A stretch of DNA of 64,000 nucleotides from Akkermansiaceae bacterium. Lineage in GTDB: Bacteria; Verrucomicrobiota; Verrucomicrobiia; Verrucomicrobiales; Akkermansiaceae. Position numbers and translations under genes: made by a program. The notes below the pieces were generated by a model. That model had not been told where the DNA came from. It was given only the letters and a program-made list of their open reading frames with translations, and did no database searches. The DNA is taken from contig JBPOGF010000008.1 of NCBI GenBank assembly GCA_051251915.1, positions 1-64,000 on the forward strand, given 5' to 3'. Positions 51,262-61,763 of the stretch are shown here, piece after piece; position 1 is the stretch's first letter; each line of letters begins with the position of its first letter.

Positions 51262-52299
51262 ATGAAATACCTAGCGCTACTAGCCATCTCCCTCCTCACC
51301 TCAACTCTACTAGCAGAAGAAAACCAAAAGCTAACCACCGATCAAATCAAGCAATACAAAGTCTATGAAAATGTCGAAGTCAACGAACTAGAAGCCCTCC
51401 CTACAAAACAACCTGAAGAGTCTCAACACCCCACAAAATCACCACAGGAAATAGATCCCTCCATCAAAAAACAAGCCGTCAGCAACCTCAGCACAACCCT
51501 AAAAAAACTAACCGACTCCCCCATCCCCAAACTAAAAATTCAAAACGGGTACGACGCAGACACAACAATAACACTATCTGGCCGCAATGAACACTGCTTC
51601 ATCTACGCCACATTTGACAGTAACCAACAAATCTCCTACCTCTCACTATCACAAAACACCCCTCCACTATCTGGCGATAAAATGACCTCAAAAGAGTCAT
51701 TCCAAACCTACGCCACCAAAATCTACCAACTCATACACAACACCCCTCCCCTAGGAACTGCATCCTTTCACCATGACGGAGACGGTCTAACCAGAGCCTG
51801 GGAGGAAGAAGGTTGTCACTGGCACCACACCATTAGCGGAGTCCAAATCCCTGAACTGGGCGGGACCTCTCTAAAACGCGACAAACGTGACGGATACTTC
51901 AACTGGCTACTAAACTTCAGTAAAGGTGCTACAACTATGGATGTAAAACACCTCGAAGACCACCTTTCCAAACACCCCGTCAACCTAACCAAAGAAGAAG
52001 CCTACGCCATCGCCGTAAAAGCCAGTGACCAACTAGGAATCACCCACGAAAGTAAAGACACTTGGATTACCTATTCCCTCACCTTTCAAACTCTTCAGCC
52101 ATCAATGCCAGTCCCTACAATAAACGGAGAGAATTCCCTCAAACAATGGAAACAAAAAAACACTCCATCCCTCTCACTCACCACCCCCATCTACTGCACC
52201 AAAGTAACCCTCAGCGAAGGCCTCAACCTAAACGAATTCTTCCTAGACTGGACCACCAAAAAAATCATCCACGTCAACAGCTACCGCCAAAGCTGGTGA
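51262..52299 (+). CDS. Hypothetical secreted protein
   Basis: Signal peptide; 345 aa; no recognised motif. Confidence 0.65.
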   Translation: MKYLALLAISLLTSTLLAEENQKLTTDQIKQYKVYENVEVNELEALPTKQPEESQHPTKSPQEIDPSIKKQAVSNLSTTLKKLTDSPIPKLKIQNGYDADTTITLSGRNEHCFIYATFDSNQQISYLSLSQNTPPLSGDKMTSKESFQTYATKIYQLIHNTPPLGTASFHHDGDGLTRAWEEEGCHWHHTISGVQIPELGGTSLKRDKRDGYFNWLLNFSKGATTMDVKHLEDHLSKHPVNLTKEEAYAIAVKASDQLGITHESKDTWITYSLTFQTLQPSMPVPTINGENSLKQWKQKNTPSLSLTTPIYCTKVTLSEGLNLNEFFLDWTTKKIIHVNSYRQSW

Positions 52300-52308
52300 A
52301 TCTAACAA

Positions 52309-53064
52309 CTACCACAACCCATACTTAGCAAACTGCAATGCATAAATCCCCATCAACAAATTTGAAACCCCATGCATCACAATACAAGCCGCTAAGCTCT
52401 TCGTCCACACAGCCAAGAAATACATCAGCGTCCCATAAACCACCGCCCCTGCATAATCCACCGGCTGGTGAATAAACACAAAAGCTAACGTCGTCACAGC
52501 AAAAGTTAGCCAGCTAAATTCACCAAAAGGAATCTTCCAATACTTACCATCCATATTCAGTAAAAAACGCATCAAGAACCCACGCCAGAAGATCTCCTCC
52601 ACAAACGCCACCACCACCGCAGCCCTCAGGAAACGAAATATAGTCGTCGCCCAGATCGCCGTAGGATTCGTCATATCATTGGTATTAAACCCATCATCAC
52701 GAGCCGCCACACCAAGATGCTTCAGCCATCCAGCACTCTCCTCAGTATACCCTAAAGCTGTATAAAGATGAGTCGGCAGAATCCAAAACCCTATCCCCAC
52801 AGCCCCCATAATCGCACCAATAATAATCCTCTTATCCCACTTGATCTCATAGTGCCTCCAGAAAAATACTAACATCGCACCACAGATAAGCGTCTGTAAT
52901 GGATAAAACCAATGCTCAGTCATCTGCCACCACGCAGCATCCGGATGATCCCATTTCAGACCGCTCTCATCTATCACAGACAACACCAAATTCAGCACCA
53001 TAAAGGTAGCAAGTGGCACCACATGCGCGTATGTCTTATCGTTCCTTATCTTAGCTAAATCCAT
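52309..53064 (-). CDS. CAAX prenyl protease-related (CPBP) protein, PEP-CTERM-associated type
   Basis: VEEIFWRGFL, F...H, CIVMHGVSNL; multi-TM; ends GLW. Confidence 0.8.
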   Translation of the reverse strand: MDLAKIRNDKTYAHVVPLATFMVLNLVLSVIDESGLKWDHPDAAWWQMTEHWFYPLQTLICGAMLVFFWRHYEIKWDKRIIIGAIMGAVGIGFWILPTHLYTALGYTEESAGWLKHLGVAARDDGFNTNDMTNPTAIWATTIFRFLRAAVVVAFVEEIFWRGFLMRFLLNMDGKYWKIPFGEFSWLTFAVTTLAFVFIHQPVDYAGAVVYGTLMYFLAVWTKSLAACIVMHGVSNLLMGIYALQFAKYGLW

Positions 53065-53090
53065 TTTTTGTTAGTTATCGTTAGATCTTG

Positions 53091-54257
53091 TTAGAGAGCC
53101 TTCACAAATTTCTCTATCCTATCCATCGCCTCCACGATCTGATCCATACTCGTAGCATAGCAACAACGCAAGAAACCCTCACCACTCTTGCCAAAAGCAT
53201 CCCCAGGCACTGCCGCCACAGAAGTCTCTTCTAACAACCGCATAGCAAATTCCTTACTAGCCATCCCAAACTTCCGAATATCCGGGAAAACATAAAACGC
53301 CCCACCAGGAAGATGACAATCAATACCCATCTGCTGAAGTCTTCGAACCATATAATCCCTACGTTGATGATAAGCAGCCTTCATCTTCTCCACCGCCTTC
53401 GCCCCATTTTCAAGAGCTTCTATCGCAGCCACCTGACTCGTCATCGGCGCACAAAGCATAGAATACTGGTGAATTTTCATCATCGCATCCACCAGCGGAG
53501 CCGGCGCACAAGCATACCCCAGACGGAATCCAGTCATCGCAAATGCCTTAGAAAATCCATGCAGCAGCACACAACGCTCCTTCATCCCTGGCAGCGACGC
53601 AATACTCACATGCTCATCCTCACCGTAAATAAGTTCACTATAAATCTCATCAGTCAGCACAATCAAATCATGCTTGATACAAAGCGCCGCTATCTCCTCC
53701 AGATCCTCACGCGGCGCTATCGCACCAGTAGGATTCGTCGGGAAATTCAACATCAACACCCTGCTCTTAGGCGTAATCACCTTCTCCAATGCCGCCGCCT
53801 TCAGAGCAAACCCATCTTGCTTAGTAGTAGCCACAGGAACCGCCACCCCATGCGCCATCACAATGCTCGGACTATAAGAAACATAACAAGGCTCATGATA
53901 AATCACCTCATCACCTGGATTAATCAGCGCACGCAACGCCAAATCAATAGCCTCACTAACACCCACCGTCACAATCACCTCTTTCTCCGCAGAATAATCC
54001 ACATGAAAGAAATCAGACACATAACCCGCGATCAACTTACGCAACTTCACCAAACCCAAATTTGAAGTATAACTAGTCTGACCCTTCTCCAAAGAATAAA
54101 TCGCTGCCTCGCGAATATGCCAAGGCGTTGCAAAATCAGGCTCGCCAACACCAAGAGAAATCACATCCTCCCTACCCTGCACAAGTTCAAAGAAATCACG
54201 AATCCCCGAGCGAGGAACCGCTGCCACCTGAGTAGATATTTTCTTACTGTAGTCCAT
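53091..54257 (-). CDS. Class I/II aminotransferase (YugH/AlaT-like)
   Basis: SGIRDFF, ISLGVGEPDF, NPTG, DEIY, GFSKAFAMTGFRLGY. Confidence 0.92.
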   Translation of the reverse strand: MDYSKKISTQVAAVPRSGIRDFFELVQGREDVISLGVGEPDFATPWHIREAAIYSLEKGQTSYTSNLGLVKLRKLIAGYVSDFFHVDYSAEKEVIVTVGVSEAIDLALRALINPGDEVIYHEPCYVSYSPSIVMAHGVAVPVATTKQDGFALKAAALEKVITPKSRVLMLNFPTNPTGAIAPREDLEEIAALCIKHDLIVLTDEIYSELIYGEDEHVSIASLPGMKERCVLLHGFSKAFAMTGFRLGYACAPAPLVDAMMKIHQYSMLCAPMTSQVAAIEALENGAKAVEKMKAAYHQRRDYMVRRLQQMGIDCHLPGGAFYVFPDIRKFGMASKEFAMRLLEETSVAAVPGDAFGKSGEGFLRCCYATSMDQIVEAMDRIEKFVKAL

Positions 54258-54269
54258 TTGATCAATAAA

Positions 54270-54755
54270 TTAAGGAGCTACAGAAAGTCTACCCTCAGGC
54301 TCTTCAACCTCAAACACAAAGCCATTCTGCTTATATGTCTTAAGCCTAAAATGAGTCGCTGTAGAAAGAACACCATCGATAGTACTTAGCTTCTCAGAAA
54401 CAAACCTCGCCACATCTCGCAAATCAGCTCCCACCACAACCACATTAAGATCGTAACCACCACTAATCAGATAGCACGACTCCACTTGATCGAATTTAGC
54501 AATCCGCATCGCCAACCTATCGAATCCACCACCACGCTCAGGAGTAAGCTTCACCTCAATAAATGCTGACACATCAGTATTACCAGACAACTCGGGATCG
54601 ATCACCGTCTGATAACCTAAAATAGTCCCGTTAGCCTCATATTCAGCCATCTTAGCTGCCACTTCCGCCTCGGTAAGAGAAAGTAAATCTGCAAGTTCCT
54701 GATGTGAATATCTCGCCTTCTGAGCGAGCAATGTAAGTAGTGGGTCAATTGCCAT
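54270..54755 (-). CDS. Lrp/AsnC family regulator (YugG/AlaR-like)
   Basis: N-terminal HTH, V.SCYLISGGYDL, STATHF; lies upstream of the aminotransferase. Confidence 0.9.
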   Translation of the reverse strand: MAIDPLLTLLAQKARYSHQELADLLSLTEAEVAAKMAEYEANGTILGYQTVIDPELSGNTDVSAFIEVKLTPERGGGFDRLAMRIAKFDQVESCYLISGGYDLNVVVVGADLRDVARFVSEKLSTIDGVLSTATHFRLKTYKQNGFVFEVEEPEGRLSVAP

Positions 54756-54810
54756 GGCAGTGATCTATATTAAAATGTTTCAACTGTTAAGTTTTAAGTG
54801 AAGATAAAGA

Positions 54811-55263
54811 CTAAAATTTATCACCAGAACCCTCCCCACCCAATTCATCCAGAACTTTTTGCTGACTCCTCGCCATCTCAGCTTCACCCCTCTTCCTCGC
54901 TTTGATATTATAACCTAATAATGCGCATGGAAGATAGAGAAATAAACCTACAACCATAGAAATAAACCACACAAAGATGATGACTAAAATGAGCAATACG
55001 AGAGAAGGCCCAAGATCTATATCTGCTCTTAATGAAATAGCTATCGCCACAAAAATGGCACTAATTACACACCCAAAATTCCCCGCAGAATACCCATACC
55101 ACACATCCTCAGAGATTGATCTGAACTGAGCCCCTCCAAGTTTTTCATTCACCTTCTTAGCTGCAAAAAATGCTACCAGCATCCCCACACAAAAAGGTAA
55201 ACAAACGATCCAAAAAGGTAATGTCTCAAACAATTGCTCAATGATATCTAGCAGGAAACTCAA
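54811..55263 (-). CDS. Hypothetical membrane protein
   Basis: GTG start overlaps the leuB stop; three TM segments. Confidence 0.6.
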   Translation of the reverse strand: MSFLLDIIEQLFETLPFWIVCLPFCVGMLVAFFAAKKVNEKLGGAQFRSISEDVWYGYSAGNFGCVISAIFVAIAISLRADIDLGPSLVLLILVIIFVWFISMVVGLFLYLPCALLGYNIKARKRGEAEMARSQQKVLDELGGEGSGDKF

Positions 55264-56378
55264 ACCTGCAACGCAGTAATAATCGCCTGCCCCATCTCAG
55301 CAGTAGTAGCAGTCGTCTCACCAGCAGCCCCAGTGAACAAATCACCAGTCCGCATCCCAGAAGCAATAGCAGCATTCACAGCCGTATCAACAGCATCAGC
55401 CGCCTCATTCTCTCCTAAAGAATAACGCAACAACATAGAAACAGATAAAATCTGCGCAATAGGATTAGCCACACCCTTCCCAGCAATGTCCGGAGCCGAA
55501 CCACCTGATGGCTCATACATCCCGAAATAAAGCCCATTCTCATTCTTCTGACCTAAACTAGCACTCGGAAGCATCCCCAGTGATCCAGAAATCATCGCCA
55601 TCTCATCAGAAAGAATATCCCCAAAAAGATTACCCGTTACCATCACATCAAAGCTATCCGGCTGCTTAACCAACTGCATCGCCGCATTATCCACATACAG
55701 ATGACTAAGCTCCACCTCAGGAAACTCCTTACTCACCTCAATACAAGTCTCTCTCCACAAAATAGAAGTCTGCAAAACATTCGCCTTATCCACAGAAACT
55801 AACCGCTTATCTCGCGCCATCGCAGCAGTAAACGCAACCCTACAAATCCGCTCGATCTCACTCTTACTATAGATCATCGTATCAAAAGCCACAACTTCAC
55901 CATTCTGCTCTTTCCTCCCCTTAGGCTGACCAAAATAAATTCCCCCCGTAAGCTCACGCACACATAGAATATCAAACCCATTCGGCATCAACTCATCCTT
56001 AACAGGAGATGCATGACGCAGCGCAGGAAGACATACCCCAGGACGCAAATTCGCAAACAATCCAAAATGCTTCCGAATAGGCAACAACGCCCCACGCTCA
56101 GGCTGATCATCTGGTGCTAAATCTTCCCACTTAGGACCACCCACTGAACCAAATAAAATCGCATCAGCAGCTTCACAAGCCTTCACTGTCTCCGCTGGCA
56201 GAGGTGAACCAACAGCATCAATCGCCGCACCACCCACAAGACACTTCTCTCTCTCAACGGTAAATCCAAACTTCGCGCAAGCAACATCCAGCACACTCAA
56301 TGCCTGAATCATTACCTCTGGACCTATCCCATCTCCTGGAAGAACTGCTATCTTATAATTGCGTGCTGTGCTTGACAT
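55260..56378 (-). CDS. leuB: 3-isopropylmalate dehydrogenase
   Basis: [44 protein letters not shown]. Confidence 0.97.
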   Translation of the reverse strand: MSSTARNYKIAVLPGDGIGPEVMIQALSVLDVACAKFGFTVEREKCLVGGAAIDAVGSPLPAETVKACEAADAILFGSVGGPKWEDLAPDDQPERGALLPIRKHFGLFANLRPGVCLPALRHASPVKDELMPNGFDILCVRELTGGIYFGQPKGRKEQNGEVVAFDTMIYSKSEIERICRVAFTAAMARDKRLVSVDKANVLQTSILWRETCIEVSKEFPEVELSHLYVDNAAMQLVKQPDSFDVMVTGNLFGDILSDEMAMISGSLGMLPSASLGQKNENGLYFGMYEPSGGSAPDIAGKGVANPIAQILSVSMLLRYSLGENEAADAVDTAVNAAIASGMRTGDLFTGAAGETTATTAEMGQAIITALQV

Positions 56379-56451
56379 GCCTACGACTTAACACCACTTC
56401 ACTAAATTGAGAATCCTTTTTACAAAAAAACACGGCATAAAAACAACGAAC

Positions 56452-56485
56452 AAAAAAAGAGCACCCACTTAAGGATGCTCTTTTT
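56452..56485 (-). terminator. Intrinsic terminator of rpsU
   Basis: AAAAAAAGAGCACCC...GGATGCTCTTTTT hairpin. Confidence 0.75.
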
Positions 56486-56520
56486 CTTAAAGTCGTGACC
56501 TGAGATCAACCGAGAGGCAC

Positions 56521-56808
56521 TTATGCTTCAGAAGATTTAGTAGACTTAGCCGCTTTTTCAGCTGCTCTGTCAGCGGCCTTAGCTGCTGCTGTCGCGTCCT
56601 GTGTAGGACTTGTGTATTTAAAGCGTTGCTTCTTACGCTTAGATGCAGAACGGAGCTTACGCTTCGCACGTTCTACTGGTGTCTCGAATGCACGACGACG
56701 ACGCATCTCTTCAAGAATGCCTTCGTTGTCTAATAAAGTCTTCATGCGCTTGAGAGCGCGATCTACTGTTTCTCCTTTGTTTACTGTAACTCCTCGTAAT
56801 GATGACAT
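56521..56808 (-). CDS. rpsU: 30S ribosomal protein bS21
   Basis: V.VNKGETVDRALKRMK...EGILEEMRRRRAFETP...KRK; Ala/Lys-rich tail. Confidence 0.92.
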   Translation of the reverse strand: MSSLRGVTVNKGETVDRALKRMKTLLDNEGILEEMRRRRAFETPVERAKRKLRSASKRKKQRFKYTSPTQDATAAAKAADRAAEKAAKSTKSSEA

Positions 56809-56863
56809 AGTGATTTTAAATGTGTTTGTTATTTAGTTCCGAATGATTTCAGGTCGGGCGCGG

Positions 56864-56892
56864 ACGCTAAGCATTTTTACGATTGAAGTCAA
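56864..56892 (-). promoter_or_regulatory. sigma70-type promoter of rpsU
   Basis: Minus strand TTGACT-17 bp-TAGCGT, followed by the GC-rich discriminator CCGCGCCC. Confidence 0.65.
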
Positions 56893-57021
56893 GCACCAGA
56901 AATCAGAAAATGCACTTTTCTTAAGGAATTCTCTCAAGGTGAAAAAATAGACCAGTTTTCGCTCATTTCTACATTGCCAGAATACGATAAATGAGCAGAA
57001 TAGCCTCACTAAATCATTATT

Positions 57022-59286
57022 ATGGCAGAAGAACGGTACGAAATACGAGGTAAAATAGGGCAAGGTGGAGTCGGTGCAGTTTACAAAGCATACGACACAC
57101 AGCTCCGTCGAGAAGTTGCCATCAAGAGAGTCTTAGCTGACGAATTAGACGAAGACAACGAAACTGCTACCAAGAACCTACTTAAAGAGGCCACCGCCCT
57201 TTCCTCTGTTCAACACCCTCACATCTGTACCGTTTATGATGCCGGCCTTGATGATGACGGACCATTTGTAGTCATGGAGCTCATCAACGGCAAAACGCTT
57301 GATGAAATGGTAGAGCGCGGCACACTCACCTACGAAGATTTCCGCGAAGTAGCGATCCAGACTCAAGAAGCCATGATCGCAGCGCAAGAACTCAACCTCG
57401 TGCACCGCGACCTTAAACCAAGTAACGTAATGGTTAGCTGGCTACCATCTGGAAGATTCCAGATTAAGCTAGTGGACTTCGGTCTCGCTAAATTTTCCGC
57501 CAAACCATCACTCCAAACCATCGACCACGGCGACGCCGTCTTCGGCTCCATTTTCTTCATGGCCCCAGAGCAGTTTGAGCGAACCCCGCTCGACCAACGT
57601 ACAGACATGTATTCCCTAGGCGCCATGTTCTACTACTCGCTCACTGGTAATTATCCTTTTGATGGAGACACCGCTCCCCAAGTCATGGCTAGCCACCTGC
57701 AAAATTCAGTCATCCCGCTCCAACAAGCACGCCCAGACCTCCCCGTCTGGCTCTGCGAATGGGTCATGTGGCACATTCAGCGTGACATGAATCACCGTCC
57801 AGACTCTGCTAAACTAGCTCTAGACAAATTCCTCGCAGACGAATCTCTCGCTGCCCAAGGAGGCATGGGCCAAACACAGCAACTCATCACCCCAGCAGCA
57901 CCACTCTTAAGAAAGAACACCACCGGACCAGTAGGCACTCAGCCAGCAGGCACCCTCACAGGACCGCTCGCAGTCCAACCAGCAAGGCAAGGAACAGCTC
58001 CTCAGCCCATCCTTTCTCCTGATGGAAGGCCCAATCCCAACACCTCCCCTACAGCCATTCAGCCAACCGGACATCTAGGCTCAGCACCTGTAAATATCAA
58101 CTCAGGATCAACCACCTCACATGTAGAAAATCCAGATGCGAACATTCCAGATTTTCATGCTCCACCCAAGAAACCCATAAATAAGACCATGCTGATCGTC
58201 CTCGGTTCCATGCTCGTAGTGGGTGGGATCATCTTAACATTATTCATTTCAGGAGCCAGCGAGGAAAAGAAACACCAAGAAACCTACGCGAGGTTAATCA
58301 AAGGCATTGAAGCAAAATTCCAAGCCAATGAAACTTTACCAGTAACCAGAGAAGAATTAGACAACCTTCTCACAAGCATGATAAAAACCTCCATCAAAGA
58401 CAAAATTGGCGGTTATTACGCCCTCAGTATTGCTGAAGCTATCGATGGCGAGTTCTCCCCAACTCTAGAAATTGCCAAATTTGCAACAACCCCAGGCCAA
58501 CCAATCACAGATGAATCAATGAGCCAGATCTTCCGAGCCATCGCACTCAACCCTAAGTTTGATCCAAAGGCCCATAAACTACTCCTAGATTACGCAATAA
58601 AGAACCCAAATAAGAAACAATCGGGTGAAGCCATCAAGAGAATGGAAAAATTTGCAGATGACAGCTATATCGATAATATCCTTAGCGTTTACGAAGTAAC
58701 CAACCAAATAACCACCCGCGCAAGTTGCGCAAACACCGTCGCAGCTATCGTCAAACGATCAAAAGCAAAGAACAGCATAGCGAGTAAAATCATCGCCAGA
58801 TACAACAAAGCCGTAGATATCGACATCAAGCTCGCCTACCTAAGACTACTTGGCAACACGGGCACTAAAGACGCCTTCGACATCCTTTACAAAGCACTCA
58901 ACAGTAAAGATATCCTATTCAGACTTTCTGCCCACAAGGGACTCTCCAGCGGTTCTAACATTGAGCCATTTGACGCCCTGCTCAAAGTCTACGTTGCTGA
59001 AACAAACGCCTCACACAAAAAGAAATACCGTAACAACCTCATCGACCTCCTAGAATCCAACATAAAAATCACTCCTGCAAAACGAAGTGAACTTTGGACT
59101 AAGTTCATCGAACAAACCCCCTCTCAAGCAGGCAAAAAACAGGTCATTGGAAGCGTTGCCACTAGTGAGAAATCTGCCTGGGCCACTAAGGTCCTAAATA
59201 CATCGCTCCAAAGCCCAGACCTCGATGATAAAATCAAGACCTCAGTTAAGAAAAAACTCGAAGAATGGTCTAAGAAAAGCAACTAA
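57022..59286 (+). CDS. Membrane Ser/Thr protein kinase with HEAT-like C-terminal domain
   Basis: GQGGVG, VAIK, HRDLKPSN, DFG, MAPE; Pro/Thr/Gly linker; one TM; helical repeats. Confidence 0.92.
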   Translation: MAEERYEIRGKIGQGGVGAVYKAYDTQLRREVAIKRVLADELDEDNETATKNLLKEATALSSVQHPHICTVYDAGLDDDGPFVVMELINGKTLDEMVERGTLTYEDFREVAIQTQEAMIAAQELNLVHRDLKPSNVMVSWLPSGRFQIKLVDFGLAKFSAKPSLQTIDHGDAVFGSIFFMAPEQFERTPLDQRTDMYSLGAMFYYSLTGNYPFDGDTAPQVMASHLQNSVIPLQQARPDLPVWLCEWVMWHIQRDMNHRPDSAKLALDKFLADESLAAQGGMGQTQQLITPAAPLLRKNTTGPVGTQPAGTLTGPLAVQPARQGTAPQPILSPDGRPNPNTSPTAIQPTGHLGSAPVNINSGSTTSHVENPDANIPDFHAPPKKPINKTMLIVLGSMLVVGGIILTLFISGASEEKKHQETYARLIKGIEAKFQANETLPVTREELDNLLTSMIKTSIKDKIGGYYALSIAEAIDGEFSPTLEIAKFATTPGQPITDESMSQIFRAIALNPKFDPKAHKLLLDYAIKNPNKKQSGEAIKRMEKFADDSYIDNILSVYEVTNQITTRASCANTVAAIVKRSKAKNSIASKIIARYNKAVDIDIKLAYLRLLGNTGTKDAFDILYKALNSKDILFRLSAHKGLSSGSNIEPFDALLKVYVAETNASHKKKYRNNLIDLLESNIKITPAKRSELWTKFIEQTPSQAGKKQVIGSVATSEKSAWATKVLNTSLQSPDLDDKIKTSVKKKLEEWSKKSN

Positions 59287-59380
59287 CTACCACATAAATA
59301 ATAAAAAAATTTACAAATCGGTAATTTCCAACATTTTACCATTGTCAACACCACAACTAATAGTACAGAATACAACAGAT

Positions 59381-59812
59381 ATGAAGAAAATCCTAATCAC
59401 CGCGATCGCACTTATCACCACAGTCACCTGCTCATTTGCAGATATCCAGGCACCTCCTGGATCTACATACACATCCACTCGTAAACTTGGCAGAGCTATC
59501 AGCAACATCCTTTATGGAGTTGTTGAGATCCCTGAACAAATCGTTCGCAAGACCGATACATATGGACGTAAAGCAGGTTGGACATACGGAGCAGTTGACG
59601 GCACACGTAGAGCATTTAGCCGCATCGGCTATGGCTTCTATGAGCTAGTTACATTCCGTTGCCCTACATACCACGGCACTTTTAAGCCACCGTATGAAAA
59701 ATGTGGCACTGATGGAAACATCAGCATGAACGTGCATGACGGCCTATCTGAATTCCCACCTGAACTTGGCGCTGAGAGTTACTACTCACACGTAAGAGCA
59801 CAGAAATTCTAA
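59381..59812 (+). CDS. Exosortase system-associated protein (TIGR04073-like)
   Basis: Signal peptide; TRKLGRAISNILYG..EIP, G.YELVTF motifs. Confidence 0.75.
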   Translation: MKKILITAIALITTVTCSFADIQAPPGSTYTSTRKLGRAISNILYGVVEIPEQIVRKTDTYGRKAGWTYGAVDGTRRAFSRIGYGFYELVTFRCPTYHGTFKPPYEKCGTDGNISMNVHDGLSEFPPELGAESYYSHVRAQKF

Positions 59813-59847
59813 GGTCTCAGATACCATTATATAAACTATATTTCTTT

Positions 59848-59878
59848 AAGCACTCTAGCGAAAGCAGAGTGCTTTTTT
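59848..59878 (+). terminator. Intrinsic terminator
   Basis: AAGCACTCT-AGCGAAAGC-AGAGTGCTT-TTTT. Confidence 0.8.
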
Positions 59879-60009
59879 ACGCCTAGGCATCTGCCATAAT
59901 GGGTGAAAGCTTCGTCTCAAATCAATACTAGACATTCTTAAGATTTGATCCACATTCAATAACGTCCAAGTCGTGTTAAATACGGCATATAATCCAAACT
60001 TAAAAACAA

Positions 60010-60930
60010 ATGAATACCAAACAACTACTCATGTCTGCAGCCATAGGAACTGCAACAATCTTTGGTCTTAGCTCTTGCGGAGATAAGAAAGAATCTGAAT
60101 CAGAAACTAACACAGCAACTCCTGAAAGAGTCTTCGTTATCACCTCTATTCCTGATGATAAAATTTCCGATATCGACCTCAAATACCAAGCACTCGCTAA
60201 ATACCTTGAAGAACAACTCAACGTCAAAGTCGAGCACAGTGTTTCAAGAGATTATCCTGCTGCCGTCAATCGCTTTGCCAACAATGAAGTTCAGCTAGTT
60301 TGGTTCGGGGGCGTCACTGGTGCCCAAGCTCGCGCTAAAGTCCAAGGCGCAGAAGCCATCGCACAAGGAACTGAAGATCCTAAATACAAATCTTATTTCA
60401 TCGCCCACAAAGACACTGGACTTGAAAAATCAGATGATTTCCCATCAGCGATCGCAGACATGAAATTCACCTTTGGCAGCCAAAGCTCAACATCAGGCAG
60501 AGTAATGCCAGCTTGGTTCATTGAACAAGAAACAGGCAAGACTCCTGAAGAATTCTTCACACAAAAAATCCAGTTCCAAGGCTCAGCAAGTCACGTTGGC
60601 ACAGCTAAAGCAGTCCAGAGCGGAAGCGTTCAGGCCGGTGTCCTAAGCTACAAGACATATGATAAACTCGTAGCAGAAGGAACAATCGACCCATCAGTAG
60701 CAAAAATTATCTGGGTAACTCCAGACTACGCTGATTACAACTTCACCGCTCACCCATCACTCAACGAAACATTCGGAGAAGGCTTCATCAGCAAGCTCCA
60801 AACCGCACTCATCGAATGCAAGGATGAACAAGCACTTGCTGCCATCAACCGCTCAGGTATCATCAAAGCCAAAAACTCAGATTTCGATGGCATCGTAAAA
60901 GTAGCTAAAGAGCTAGGCTTCCTCAAGTAG
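60010..60930 (+). CDS. PhnD-family ABC substrate-binding lipoprotein (putative selenate/oxyanion subtype)
   Basis: Lipobox LSSC; SIPD, LVWFGGVTG.QAR, FTFGS.SSTSGR.MP, TPDYADYN. Confidence 0.85.
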   Translation: MNTKQLLMSAAIGTATIFGLSSCGDKKESESETNTATPERVFVITSIPDDKISDIDLKYQALAKYLEEQLNVKVEHSVSRDYPAAVNRFANNEVQLVWFGGVTGAQARAKVQGAEAIAQGTEDPKYKSYFIAHKDTGLEKSDDFPSAIADMKFTFGSQSSTSGRVMPAWFIEQETGKTPEEFFTQKIQFQGSASHVGTAKAVQSGSVQAGVLSYKTYDKLVAEGTIDPSVAKIIWVTPDYADYNFTAHPSLNETFGEGFISKLQTALIECKDEQALAAINRSGIIKAKNSDFDGIVKVAKELGFLK

Positions 60931-60960
60931 TCACTCACTACTACATAGAATCTACCATCA

Positions 60961-60995
60961 GCATCCTTTGAGCTAACCCCTCAAAGGATGTTTTT
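60961..60995 (+). terminator. Intra-operon hairpin between the binding-protein and ATPase genes
   Basis: GCATCCTTTGAG-CTAACCC-CTCAAAGGATGT-TTTT, ending 2 nt before the ATG. Confidence 0.7.
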
Positions 60996-60997
60996 CC

Positions 60998-61759
60998 ATG
61001 GCTAAGCTATTTCAACTCCGTAATCTCACCAAACGCTTTGGCTCCATCCCTGCGATTGACGATGTTAATATCGACATCGAACAAGGTGAAATAATTGCCC
61101 TCATTGGCTCTTCCGGCAGCGGTAAAACCACCCTGCTAAAGCTCCTCAACGCCCAGCATCTCGCCGACGATGGAGAAGTTCTACTAGCTAGCGAATCCAT
61201 AAAATCTCTCAACAGCAAGCAACTCCGCCAAGCAAGGAGCAAAATCGCCTTTATCCCGCAAGATCTAGGAATCGTAAGCAATCTCAAAGTCTTCCAAAAC
61301 ATCTTCCTAGGAAAAGTAGGACTCATCAGCACCGTCAGCATGCTCTGGAGATTCCTCTTCCCACCAAAATCCGAGCTACTCAAAGTCCACGAACTACTTG
61401 AACGAACCGGCATCTCAGAAAAACTCTACAGCATCACCTCAACCCTATCCGGTGGCCAACAACAACGCGTAGCAGTCGCCAGATCACTCTACCAAGGTGC
61501 CCACACCATCCTCGCAGATGAACCCATCTCAGCAGTTGACCCCGCCAGAGCACGCAGCCTCATCATGCTCCTCATCGAGATCAGCCGCGAAAACAACCTC
61601 ACCTTGATCATGTCGATCCATAACATCGAACTCGCTCAAGAATTCTTCCCCCGCCTCATCGGATTAAAACTCGGTAAAGTCCTCTTTGATAAAACCGAAG
61701 TCAGCCCAACCGACCTAGCAAATCTCTACCAACTTAGCGAAGAACAACTCGCGCAGTAA
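60998..61759 (+). CDS. PhnC-like ABC ATP-binding protein
   Basis: GSSGSGKTT, LSGGQQQRVAVAR, LADEPISAVDP. Confidence 0.88.
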   Translation: MAKLFQLRNLTKRFGSIPAIDDVNIDIEQGEIIALIGSSGSGKTTLLKLLNAQHLADDGEVLLASESIKSLNSKQLRQARSKIAFIPQDLGIVSNLKVFQNIFLGKVGLISTVSMLWRFLFPPKSELLKVHELLERTGISEKLYSITSTLSGGQQQRVAVARSLYQGAHTILADEPISAVDPARARSLIMLLIEISRENNLTLIMSIHNIELAQEFFPRLIGLKLGKVLFDKTEVSPTDLANLYQLSEEQLAQ

Positions 61760-61763
61760 CACG

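Noticed and set aside
59225..59380. Longer N-terminal versions from the ORF track (also 23560, 40027, 42366, 36717)
   Set aside because: They overlap neighbouring genes or precede the evident signal peptide or domain start, so downstream ATGs were chosen.
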